Part shown: in pieces, positions 46,601-54,914 of the stretch
Numbering within the stretch: position 1 is the first letter of the stretch
How the letters are laid out: every line of letters starts with the position of its first letter
NCBI GenBank assembly: GCA_036261135.1
Contig: DATALJ010000205.1
Coordinates: 760 to 64,759, forward strand
Reading direction: 5' to 3'
Source: Bacteroidales bacterium
GTDB taxonomy: Bacteria; Bacteroidota; Bacteroidia; Bacteroidales; JAAUTT01
DNA length: 64,000 nucleotides
The notes under the pieces: model-generated
The model's database searches: none
Seen by the model: only the letters and a program-made list of their open reading frames with translations
What the model was told of the DNA's origin: nothing
Translations under genes and position numbers: made by a program

Positions 46601-47205
46601 AGTTAAAGAAAGAACTAACCAACCAGAATGCCGTAAGCGAAATGGGACTGCTCAAATCGCAGATAAACCCTCATTTTCTCTTCAATACGCTGAATAACAT
46701 CTATTCGCTCGTATACCAAAAATCGGAAGACGCACCCTCTGCCGTAATGAGGCTTTCGGAACTGATGCGCTACATGGTGTACGAAACCAATTCGGTTAAA
46801 GTCGCACTCGAAAAGGAAATTAATTACCTGAAAAGCTTCATTGAACTGCAATTGCTGCGACTTAGGAATAAAGATTATGCCGAATTCAACATCGAAGGCA
46901 ATATTTACGGGAAAACCATAGCGCCCATGCTCCTCATCCCCTTTGTAGAGAATGCGTTCAAGCATGGCAACAAAAAAGCCCCAAATCCGGGAATTATTAT
47001 AAATTTGGCTATTGAAGACAAAGGCATCCGTTTTGATGTTACCAACTATTATCAGAACGGAGCGGTGAACAAGGATGAAATTGGCGGCATAGGCATCGAA
47101 AACGTGAAACGACGCCTGGAGCTTATTCATCCAAACAGTCATGTGCTGAATATCTCGCAAACAGAAAGCCAGTATAAGACACATCTGGAAATAACACTTC
47201 AATAG
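43648..47205 (+). CDS. Sensor histidine kinase with periplasmic two-component-regulator propeller/Y_Y_Y domains and a LytS-type His_kinase core
   Basis: 1185 aa. It has many repeats of the (D/N)xxGxIW(I/L/F)GTxxGL(N/S)K(F/Y) beta-propeller blade motif, a Y_Y_Y-like Ig domain (FRYKMENFDDDWHYT...YTNLAPGNYVFKV) and a TM helix. These are followed by a coiled coil, LKSQINPHFLFNTLNNIYS and an HATPase domain. Confidence 0.9.
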   Translation: MKSRVLAVVLWIGCLGPVFGQIGWGSFTNYSIKDGLSQSTVTSIFQDSNGFIWLGTSDGLNKFDGQKFTIYKNNYKDPNSLSDNWIFAILKEDSKNNLWIFTADWNLNKFNLRNHEIRRYSLKLERVFIHQPLKQIYSFEEDAEKNLWLSTNRGVFKYISATDSFKTYFPFPTQEAATDNIVWSFTDTHGSIWFGSNLGLCKYNSHEDNFTYYAENKSNPTSLLSNHILRMVTFDKKTWVITKEGISLYNEKSNNFTSFPYPQAILSQKPTFRFKTIVADKAGNIWVGTNVGLIQFNTSKQVYQVFQQNKTKKGSISSNEISAIFQDKSGNIWVGTIDGLNKYEPGKEHFMHYFAEPGFSENNFVSDILELRNNEIWIVRKEINDAKMCRLNKVTGFIESLPSNTCDPNSLSNSQISSVFADKSGNLWLGTFGNSAFKYTPRSGKFAHYFSVPGNQNTLKENSIWGFSEDKKGNIWIAMHDGTIAKFDTVSKHFTNYPLFKNGIKNFTITNLVVDANGEIWIASVMGGLIRFNPQTGRVRHYLNNPNDSTSISSNLLFMITIDKSGKIWIAHAVAGIDIFDPQTETFTHLTHNPGNTNSLSNNSVWSILQDYKGNMWIATDGAVDFYEPSKKRFTHYYARKEISGGLLNDKALCIYDDRKGNIWFGTSGGGLSKFNTSTKKFIHYTESEGLANNVIYGIVGDNEGNLWLSTNRGLSRFNIQNQTFTNYRENAGLQSDEFNQSSYFRSSTGKIYFGGINGFNVFTPTHITKDSIAPETLITGLLVSDKQVRVKARHKMKQNDTICDCKLMRDSSGYYLPMDIVFSQHITIPYSAKVLTLQFAAIAYNNPEGTAFRYKMENFDDDWHYTSDINAATYTNLAPGNYVFKVSAANSDGVFNTRTRDIVITITPPFWKTWWFLILEIAAIIAAIWLFIRLRERNLKHSKVKLEAKVKERTRRIEEINEELRLRNAEINRQKEEIALQAGQLKKELTNQNAVSEMGLLKSQINPHFLFNTLNNIYSLVYQKSEDAPSAVMRLSELMRYMVYETNSVKVALEKEINYLKSFIELQLLRLRNKDYAEFNIEGNIYGKTIAPMLLIPFVENAFKHGNKKAPNPGIIINLAIEDKGIRFDVTNYYQNGAVNKDEIGGIGIENVKRRLELIHPNSHVLNISQTESQYKTHLEITLQ

Positions 47206-47213
47206 TGCATTGT

Positions 47214-47945
47214 ATGAATACCATTAACTGTATAGCCATTGACGACGAGCCGCTGGCACTTGATATTATAAAGGATTATGCCAAACGCGTGCCATTTCTT
47301 AACCTCATGGCAACCTTCGACAATGCTGTAGATTGCATGAGCTATCTCAAAAGCAATCCTGTGGACCTTATGTTTCTTGATATTCAGATGGAAGAGCTCA
47401 CGGGAATCCAGCTCTTGTCTGCCTTAAAAGAAAAGCCCCAGGTGATATTCACGACAGCGTACGACCAGTTTGCACTAAAAGGCTACGAACTGGATGTGCT
47501 GGACTATTTGCTTAAACCCATTTCGTTCGAGCGGTTCCTGAAGGCAGCCGATAAGGCGTACGACAAACTCATGGCAAAGCCCGAAGCCAAAGCGGCAGTT
47601 ACAGAAATAATCCCGCAAAAAACAATAGACTACTGCTTTGTAAAATCCGAGTTTCACCTCGAAAAAGTTAACTTTGCGGAGGTCCTATACATCGAAGGAA
47701 TGGGCGACTACCTGATGATACACACCCCAACCCGAAAAATAATGACCTTACAAAGCTTCAAAAAGGTGGAAGAAACCTTTCCTGCGGAGAATTTTTGCAG
47801 GGTGCATAAATCCTATATTGTAGCCATCGATAAAATTGAAAGTATCGAGCGAAACCGCATTAAAATAGGCAATATACTCATCCCTGTGAGCGATAGTTAT
47901 AAGAAAGACTTCTTTGCAATGATAGAAAAAAGGGGAATGTTGTAA
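47214..47945 (+). CDS. LytTR-family response regulator
   Basis: Receiver (IAIDDEPLALD, DLMFLDIQM, KPI) plus a LytTR domain (VLYIEGMGDYLMIHT, CRVHKSYIV). The ATG at 47214 lies just after the kinase stop. Confidence 0.9.
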   Translation: MNTINCIAIDDEPLALDIIKDYAKRVPFLNLMATFDNAVDCMSYLKSNPVDLMFLDIQMEELTGIQLLSALKEKPQVIFTTAYDQFALKGYELDVLDYLLKPISFERFLKAADKAYDKLMAKPEAKAAVTEIIPQKTIDYCFVKSEFHLEKVNFAEVLYIEGMGDYLMIHTPTRKIMTLQSFKKVEETFPAENFCRVHKSYIVAIDKIESIERNRIKIGNILIPVSDSYKKDFFAMIEKRGML

Positions 47946-48006
47946 ATCTAAGATCATAGTCAGCAGACTACGATCAGCAGAGGGGTACCTATTGCAGTTC
48001 CACATT

Positions 48007-48113
48007 GCCATTCCGGCGAAGGCCGGAACGGTAAAACCCTCGCTGAAAGCAATCCTTGCAAAAGCATCTTTTCAGCTCCGCAGTTAAGGGATTCCGGCCT
48101 TCGCCGGAATGAC
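48007..48113. repeat. REP/MITE-like palindromic element, copy B (107 bp)
   Basis: GCCATTCCGGCGAAGGCCGGAA...GGGATTCCGGCCTTCGCCGGAATGAC. It has the same terminal hairpins and shares internal blocks (GAAAGCAAT, TGCAAA, GCTCCG.AGTT.AGGGATTCCGGCC) with copy A at 2628-2730. Confidence 0.8.
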
Positions 48114-48314
48114 AATTAATTACAAATCAGTATAATATGTGAATCTCTGACTAACCACTACAAAGCACCTGTTACATTAGTTAAATTCAACATTGCCAAT
48201 TTTAAACAGATTCCAACAAACGCTGTTTATAATACCGAACCTGCCAAATTAATTACAATAGTTCGCTGCGAATCATTTTTAATTATAAATTTATATGAAT
48301 TAATATACTACAGC

Positions 48315-51300
48315 ATGAAGAAACTGGCCGATTTACTGTTTTCCTACTATTTAATGGGTTTTGTATTACTTGCCTTTGCCGTATCTATTGCAGCAGCTAC
48401 ATTTATAGAAAACGATTATGGAACAGAAACCGCCAGAGCTGCAGTATACAACGCACGATGGTTCGAAGTTCTTCTATTTATTGGTATTATTAATTTATCG
48501 GGAGTCATCATTACCCGAAAACTTTATCGGAAGGAAAAGTTCACCATTTTTATTTTTCATTTCTCTTTCCTGGTCATTCTTGTGGGGGCTGCAATAACCC
48601 GGTTCTTCGGATCGGAAGGCACAATGCACATTCGCGAAGGCGAATCATCCAACCAAATTGTGAGCGAAGGAACTTACATTTATGGGACTGCCATAACCAG
48701 CAGCGATACGGCTTATGCCGAAAAGAAAATCATTGTATCCCAATATAATACTAACAAGTACGAACTTAAGTTCCGACATGCCTCTAAAAACATAACAGTA
48801 GAATGCAACGATATTATTCCGAACGCGATGTCTGTTAGCAAAGAAAGCACAGATGGAACGCCATTACTTGAAATTGTTGTGGCCGCCATGTCTGGCAGGG
48901 AAACAATACCTTTCCTTTCAGGCGATTCAAAGCAAATAGGAAATTTTACACTTTCATTCGACGATACGTTGAAAAGAAACACAATGATGGTGTGGCATAC
49001 AGACAACGGCTTGTTTTTCAAAGCTCCGTTTGTAGTTATCTCGTCAAGCATGATGAGCCAAACAAGCGATACTTTACAAGCCAATGCTATTCATCCTTTT
49101 CATATAAAGAACTTGTACCTGGTTGGCAATTCGCAGCTTGTAGCAAAAAGCTTTTCCCCTTCGGCCGAAATCGATTATGTTCCAGCATCTCTCAAAGACC
49201 AAAGCGGCCTACCTACGGCATTCAAGCTAAAAATTAATGTGGATAACGAATCTAAAACCTTAACCTATCTTGCTGCCGACCAGATGGAGAATTCGCCCGC
49301 TCAGGTCAGCTGCAACAATGTATTTTTTAGCCTTTCGGTAGGGCACAAACCTGTACAGGTTCCATTTTCACTTAAGTTGAACAAGTTCATTGTGGAACAT
49401 TATCCCGGATCGAACAGTCCATCGTGGTTCGAGAGCAAGATAACCATTATCGACCCCGAAAAACCTGAGCCCAAGGATACCCGAATATACATGAATAATG
49501 TGCTACAATACCATGGGTACCGCTTCTACCAATCATCGTACGATAAGGATGAGAAAGGAACAATCCTATCCGTAAATCGCGATTTCTGGGGGACACTGGT
49601 TACCTACCTTGGATATATACTTATGGCTGCAGGAATGTTGATGGCTCTCTTCAGCAAAAACAGCCGCTTTATGAGGCTTACCAAGGAATTAAATATGCTA
49701 AACGAAAGGAAGAAGGAGCTATCCGCAATCCTCATCCTGTTAATGCTAGTTGTGTTTGGCAAACCCAGCAACCTTTCGGCTCAGGAAGTTCCCGATTCTG
49801 TGAAAATGAATAAGGAGCAGGTTGAAAAATTTAGCCAGCTCCTGGTGCAGGATGTAGGTGGACGAATAAAACCTGTCAATTCGCTCAGTTCGGAGCTTGT
49901 TCGTAAAATAAGCCGCAAGACAACCTTTCTGGGTCTCAATTCCGATGAAGTGCTGCTGAGTATGATTACGCATCCTGCTTATTGGCAAACGGTACCCATG
50001 ATTAAGTTTTCGCATGCAGGAATTGCTGAAATGCTAAATATAAAAGGCTCCTATGTCTCGTTCCAGGGACTTTTTGATCCGCAAAATCCCAGCCATTATA
50101 TATTAGGCGATGTTGTAGGTGAAGCATACCGCAAAAAGCCCGCTTACCGCAGCAAAATGGAAAATGAGCTGATACGGTTGGATGAACGGGCCAACCTGTG
50201 CTATCTGATATACACCGGCGATTTCTTCAGAATCTTCCCTAAGCCAGAAGACGAAAATAATACATGGTACAGTCCCGAAAATGCAGCAACAGCCTTCCGG
50301 GGCGACGACTCTCTTTTTGTAGTAAATGCATTTAACCTGTACCTGGATGTGTTGCGTATGAAACCTACACACGACAACCTAGCCCAGGCAAACGAAATAA
50401 TAAATGCACTGCAAAACTTCCAGTTCAAATATGGGAAGGAAGTTATTCCCTCAGATTTCAAAAGAAAGCTGGAGACCATCTATAATAAAGTGAATATTTT
50501 TGATCGGTTGAGTTCGCTTTATGGCCTGGTAGGTTTTGTATTGCTTATCCTCCAGTTCATTGCCCTCTTTAAACCGCGAATGAACCTCAAAACAGCGATA
50601 GATGTTTCCAGAATCCTTATTGTAGCTGGCTTTATCCTGCATTTCTTCGGATTAGCAGCACGCTGGTACATTTCGGGCCACGCACCCTGGAGTAATGGGT
50701 ACGAGTCGCTTATATACATTGCTTTTGCAACCATCCTGGCCGGTATTATATTCTCGAGGAAAACGGGAATAGCGCTTTCATCTACGGCACTTCTGGCTTG
50801 GATTATACTGTATGTTGCTCACCTAAGCTGGATGGATCCTGAAATTACGAACCTTGTCCCAGTGCTTAAATCGTACTGGCTAATGATACACGTTGCCATA
50901 ATCACTGCAAGTTATGGTTTTATGGCACTTGGCGCGTTACTTGCCTTCCTTAACCTAATTATCATGTTCGCTCAATCGGCAAAAAACTACGAACGCATAG
51001 GAATAACCATTAGTGAGCTATCTGCCGTAATCGAAATGACCTTAATTGTTGGTCTGTACTTGTTAACCATAGGTACATTCCTTGGCGGAGTTTGGGCCAA
51101 CGAATCGTGGGGGCGCTATTGGGGCTGGGATCCCAAGGAAACATGGGCTTTGGTTACCGTACTGGTTTATGCATTTGTTGCACACATGCGAATGATTCCG
51201 GGATTACGGGGTCCCTACCTCTTCAACCTGCTAGCAGTTGTCACGTTTGGATGCGTAATCATGACCTATTTTGGAGTAAACTATTATCTTTCGGGGTTAC

Positions 51301-51425
51301 ATTCGTACGCCAAAGGCGATCCGCTGCCGGTTCCATCATTCGTGTATTATACCATAACAGTAATCGCCATTGTAGCGTTGGCAGCATTCATTAACCAGCG
51401 CATGGTAAGGAAAAGCATTAGCTAA
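48315..51425 (+). CDS. ccsA: Fused cytochrome c biogenesis protein CcsB(ResB)-CcsA (system II synthase)
   Basis: 1036 aa. A ResB-like N-terminal half with a large periplasmic loop, and a C-terminal CcsA half with the tryptophan-rich WWD motif WANESWGRYWGWDPKETWA and flanking His residues. Confidence 0.88.
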   Translation: MKKLADLLFSYYLMGFVLLAFAVSIAAATFIENDYGTETARAAVYNARWFEVLLFIGIINLSGVIITRKLYRKEKFTIFIFHFSFLVILVGAAITRFFGSEGTMHIREGESSNQIVSEGTYIYGTAITSSDTAYAEKKIIVSQYNTNKYELKFRHASKNITVECNDIIPNAMSVSKESTDGTPLLEIVVAAMSGRETIPFLSGDSKQIGNFTLSFDDTLKRNTMMVWHTDNGLFFKAPFVVISSSMMSQTSDTLQANAIHPFHIKNLYLVGNSQLVAKSFSPSAEIDYVPASLKDQSGLPTAFKLKINVDNESKTLTYLAADQMENSPAQVSCNNVFFSLSVGHKPVQVPFSLKLNKFIVEHYPGSNSPSWFESKITIIDPEKPEPKDTRIYMNNVLQYHGYRFYQSSYDKDEKGTILSVNRDFWGTLVTYLGYILMAAGMLMALFSKNSRFMRLTKELNMLNERKKELSAILILLMLVVFGKPSNLSAQEVPDSVKMNKEQVEKFSQLLVQDVGGRIKPVNSLSSELVRKISRKTTFLGLNSDEVLLSMITHPAYWQTVPMIKFSHAGIAEMLNIKGSYVSFQGLFDPQNPSHYILGDVVGEAYRKKPAYRSKMENELIRLDERANLCYLIYTGDFFRIFPKPEDENNTWYSPENAATAFRGDDSLFVVNAFNLYLDVLRMKPTHDNLAQANEIINALQNFQFKYGKEVIPSDFKRKLETIYNKVNIFDRLSSLYGLVGFVLLILQFIALFKPRMNLKTAIDVSRILIVAGFILHFFGLAARWYISGHAPWSNGYESLIYIAFATILAGIIFSRKTGIALSSTALLAWIILYVAHLSWMDPEITNLVPVLKSYWLMIHVAIITASYGFMALGALLAFLNLIIMFAQSAKNYERIGITISELSAVIEMTLIVGLYLLTIGTFLGGVWANESWGRYWGWDPKETWALVTVLVYAFVAHMRMIPGLRGPYLFNLLAVVTFGCVIMTYFGVNYYLSGLHSYAKGDPLPVPSFVYYTITVIAIVALAAFINQRMVRKSIS

Positions 51426-51651
51426 TAATTTTAAAGGCTGAGCTAATAGTCTCATAGAGACTACGCTACTTCGAAGCATTTTTGCACAAACTCTCAGGAT
51501 CTCATGTTTGGTTAAGGTAGGAATCGTTTGAGACCTAAGCCAAACAGATCTTTGTAGGTATCAACACGCACTTAGTCAATATTCTGTTATGATACCGGGC
51601 CTTCGACAAGCTCAGGAACCTGTATCATGGTTCCATATTCAATTTCAACAA

Positions 51652-54057
51652 CTAACTTCTGAACAGGAACCGGATAACCTTATCCATATACGATAAATTC
51701 TTTGGGGATTCGTTGTAATAATCCTGCCCATAAGCATAATTATAGCCGTAACCATAGCCATAGCCGTAGTTATATCTGCGACCATAACCATAATAGCTGC
51801 TTGCTTTAATATCGTTTATCAGGATACCAATATTCTTAATGTCTTTCTTTGTATGCAAATCATCCACCAAATGAATTACATCCTTGGTTGAGTAATTCTG
51901 ACGCACTACAAATATAACAGCATCGGAGAAACGGCTCAGCAGAACAGCATCTGTTACAATAGCAATGGGTGGTGTATCCATCACAATGATGTCAAAATCC
52001 TTGCGAACCTTCTGGATAAAAGTCTCCATCTCCTTAGTTTCAATCAACTCTGCCGGATTGGGAGGTATAGGACCAGCAGGTGTAATATACAAGTTGTGAA
52101 TGTTGGTTTTGATTATCACATCATTGTAATCGGTCTTACCAATAAGATAAGTACTGAGACCGCGCTCATTTTCCATATTGAAAACCTTGTGAACTTTAGG
52201 CTTCCGAAGATCGAGACTAATTAATAAAGTCTTTTTATTCGATTGCGCAATGATAGAAGCCAGGTTGACCGCACAGAAGGTCTTTCCCTCGCCGCTAATT
52301 GTGGAAGTTACGCAAATAACCTTTTTATCCGGGTCGCGCATTACATATTGAAGATTCGTTCGCAATGCTCTGAAAGACTCGGCCAATGACGATTTGGGAT
52401 TTTCGGCCACAGGCATTTCCGACTGTTTCTCATTATGACCTACCGATCCAAAAACAGGAACCTTAGTAATCTTATCAATATCTTTAGGATCTACAATCTT
52501 CTCATTAAAAAACTCGATGAGAATGAGTATAGAAAGGGGAATCAGTATCCCTATAATTATGGCAATTATCTTATTTCTTCCAGGTTTTGGTGAAACCTTA
52601 ACAGGATTTTCGGCCGATGCCACGTCCAAAATTTTATTGTCCGCAACGTTTGAAGCACGTGCAATATCGGCCTCGGCACGTCGTTGCAGCAGGAAGTTGT
52701 AAATCTGGTCATTCAGTTTATAATCACGCTGAATATTCAGGTATCGGCGTTCGGTAATAGGCAATTGCATTACTTCTTTCTCAATATCAGCCTGCCTGCG
52801 CGAAACTTCATTCTGCGCTATCTCTGTAGACTTGATTATTTCTTTAATATTTTCATCCAGTGCATCCAGCGAACTTTGTATTTTGGCATTAACCAACACA
52901 AGCGCCGGATTGTTATTCTGCGCGCTTAGCATAAGTACATTTCTTTCGGCATATAACTCAGACAGATCAGATACAGTCTTATTAAGAATAGGATCGCTGA
53001 TCCCCATAACCGACGGAGCCATAACCTGTCGGAAATCCTTTCGCTGATCGATGTATGTTTTTATGTATTTGTAGTACCGTAATTGCAGATCGTAATTTAC
53101 TTTATCGGTCTGTACTTTAGCCATCCGGGCCATAATGGCCTGCCCTTCCGAAGAAATATCGATGATTTTGCTATTCAAGCGGAATGATTGCATTTTATCT
53201 TCCACTTTACTCAACGAATCGACCACAGTGGAAAGCTGTTCGTTAATAAAGTTTATGGTATTGATAGCTGTTTGGTTTTTCTCATCAAGTCCATTTTGAA
53301 TATAAACCTCCATGAGTTTATTCAGATAATCGGCCTCCATTTGAGGAACATAACCTGTACTGCTCAGAATAAGGACTGTACCTTTCTTATCATTGGTAGT
53401 TAACGATAGTTTGGAACGATACGCATTTGTAAGTTCGTTCAAATCGTTGATAACGAAAAAATACTTATTCGAAATGGGCGATTTTTCATCCTTCTGAAAC
53501 TTCCTGAATAGAGTAAAGTTGAAGCTTGGATTACTAAAGCGCTCACCAAATAATAATTTCTTTTTCACACTCCCTTCAATTTCCAATAAGAATTCTTTAT
53601 CGGAAAGAATAGTTATGTGAACCGGCACACCATAAAGGTTTTTCGAAGATGTATCTACCACCACCTTAAACGGAGCCGTTTTGTACATTAAAGGCTTTCT
53701 TACCCTGCCAATACTGTAGTAACTGATTTCAAAATCGGGAAGTTCGCTTAATGCCTTACGGGCGACTTTATACGATTTCAGGATTGCGATCTCATTCTCA
53801 ACATTTCGGCGGGCATTGAACCGGTCCAACGCATTGATAAGAATCTCAGCAGTTGATTTCTTTTCATCATTTACAATTAGAGTTGCGGTGAGGTTATATC
53901 GTGGTTCGGAATATCTATTAACCAAAAAAGCAATGGAGTAAGTAATGAAAATGGATATCGCAAACCAATACCAGTTGCGGAGTACCGTTATTAAAAACTT
54001 ACGTACATCAATGGTTTCCTCTTGCGGGACATTATAATTTGCTGGCGAATTTTCCAT
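51652..54057 (-). CDS. Polysaccharide co-polymerase / BY-type tyrosine autokinase (Wzc/GumC-like)
   Basis: Wzz-like N-terminal TM and periplasmic coiled-coil domain, a second TM, Walker A SGEGKT, Walker A'/B segments (VIMDTPP) and the C-terminal Tyr cluster YYGYGRRYNYGYGYGYGYNYAYGQDYY. Confidence 0.9.
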   Translation of the reverse strand: MENSPANYNVPQEETIDVRKFLITVLRNWYWFAISIFITYSIAFLVNRYSEPRYNLTATLIVNDEKKSTAEILINALDRFNARRNVENEIAILKSYKVARKALSELPDFEISYYSIGRVRKPLMYKTAPFKVVVDTSSKNLYGVPVHITILSDKEFLLEIEGSVKKKLLFGERFSNPSFNFTLFRKFQKDEKSPISNKYFFVINDLNELTNAYRSKLSLTTNDKKGTVLILSSTGYVPQMEADYLNKLMEVYIQNGLDEKNQTAINTINFINEQLSTVVDSLSKVEDKMQSFRLNSKIIDISSEGQAIMARMAKVQTDKVNYDLQLRYYKYIKTYIDQRKDFRQVMAPSVMGISDPILNKTVSDLSELYAERNVLMLSAQNNNPALVLVNAKIQSSLDALDENIKEIIKSTEIAQNEVSRRQADIEKEVMQLPITERRYLNIQRDYKLNDQIYNFLLQRRAEADIARASNVADNKILDVASAENPVKVSPKPGRNKIIAIIIGILIPLSILILIEFFNEKIVDPKDIDKITKVPVFGSVGHNEKQSEMPVAENPKSSLAESFRALRTNLQYVMRDPDKKVICVTSTISGEGKTFCAVNLASIIAQSNKKTLLISLDLRKPKVHKVFNMENERGLSTYLIGKTDYNDVIIKTNIHNLYITPAGPIPPNPAELIETKEMETFIQKVRKDFDIIVMDTPPIAIVTDAVLLSRFSDAVIFVVRQNYSTKDVIHLVDDLHTKKDIKNIGILINDIKASSYYGYGRRYNYGYGYGYGYNYAYGQDYYNESPKNLSYMDKVIRFLFRS

Positions 54058-54059
54058 TC

Positions 54060-54836
54060 CTATTTAAAAGCATTATTTATTAATAAAACGGCTGTAATGG
54101 TAGACGTTATCAAGGTCATAAAAACAGCATAGTCGGATATCTTTGCACGAAAAGCGGCAGTTTTAAAGGGCGCTACGTAAATAATATCATTGGGTTGTAA
54201 AAAATATTTTTCGGAGCTCAACAAATCGCGTGAAGTTAGATCAACTTTAATCGTTCTTGTACCATCTTTAAACGAACGAAGTATTAAAATATTTTTACGC
54301 TGTCCGTTGTAAGTTAAATCGCCAGCCATAGACAAACCTTCAAGTAAGGTTGCCCGGGTACCGTAGATGGTATAATAACCCGGTGCTTTAACTTCACCTA
54401 CAATGCTCACCCTGAAGCTTAGAAGCTTTACATCCACACGGGCATCGGTGCTATATGTAATTGCTGTTTGATAAATCTTCTCACGTGCTTCTTCCAGAGT
54501 CATTCCTCCTACCATAATTTTTCCTACCACGGGAAGAGAGATATACCCCTCGCTGTCGATGGTATTCCCCATTAAATACAAACCTGCCGTACCCGAAGAC
54601 ATACCGGTAGGCATATTGGTAATGTCTGAACTAAATAATTCCCTGGACGCTTTATCCAGCACACTCGATACTTTCACCTGAAGAATATCCGAAGGTTGTA
54701 ATAAATAAGGAGTAAGCTTCTTAGCATACAAGGTATCTTTCTCGGGGTATTTTGTCTGCAGATAGGTATACCGCTTGTACTGCCCACACGAAGCAAGCAA
54801 CAACGCGAAAAAGAGAAAACAGATAATTAATCTCAT
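54060..54836 (-). CDS. Polysaccharide export outer-membrane protein (Wza-like)
   Basis: Lipoprotein signal (LLLASCG), the Poly_export motif YLLQPSDILQVKV...GYISLPVVGKIMVGGMTLEEA and a SLBB domain. It lies 2 nt upstream of the kinase gene. Confidence 0.88.
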   Translation of the reverse strand: MRLIICFLFFALLLASCGQYKRYTYLQTKYPEKDTLYAKKLTPYLLQPSDILQVKVSSVLDKASRELFSSDITNMPTGMSSGTAGLYLMGNTIDSEGYISLPVVGKIMVGGMTLEEAREKIYQTAITYSTDARVDVKLLSFRVSIVGEVKAPGYYTIYGTRATLLEGLSMAGDLTYNGQRKNILILRSFKDGTRTIKVDLTSRDLLSSEKYFLQPNDIIYVAPFKTAAFRAKISDYAVFMTLITSTITAVLLINNAFK

Positions 54837-54914
54837 TACGGTTAGGTTAATTCGAATTTACATAAAACCAAGAGTGCAAATATATGTAAGTTTTTTACAT
54901 TATGTTCGATAGCC

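Noticed and set aside
46615-47202. 195-aa minus-strand ORF. Other long antisense ORFs were also considered: 31704-32282, 10804-11253, 24649-25083, 19103-19522 and 16946-17335.
   Set aside because: All lie fully inside well-supported genes on the opposite strand. They have no recognisable motifs and are typical shadow ORFs.
51597-51616. Shared 10-mer CTTCGACAAG here and at 2601-2610, next to REP-like copy A, as evidence of another repeat fragment.
   Set aside because: A single 10-mer match in a 64-kb window (both strands) has a chance expectation of roughly 0.1, and the flanks do not align. This is not sufficient evidence.
51706-51800. GY-repeat coding region of the Wzc-like tail as a slippage-prone microsatellite or phase-variation site.
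   Set aside because: The codons are mixed (GCCATA/GCCGTA/ACCATA variants), so there is no perfect nucleotide repeat of meaningful length. Tyr-rich tails are normal for BY-kinases.
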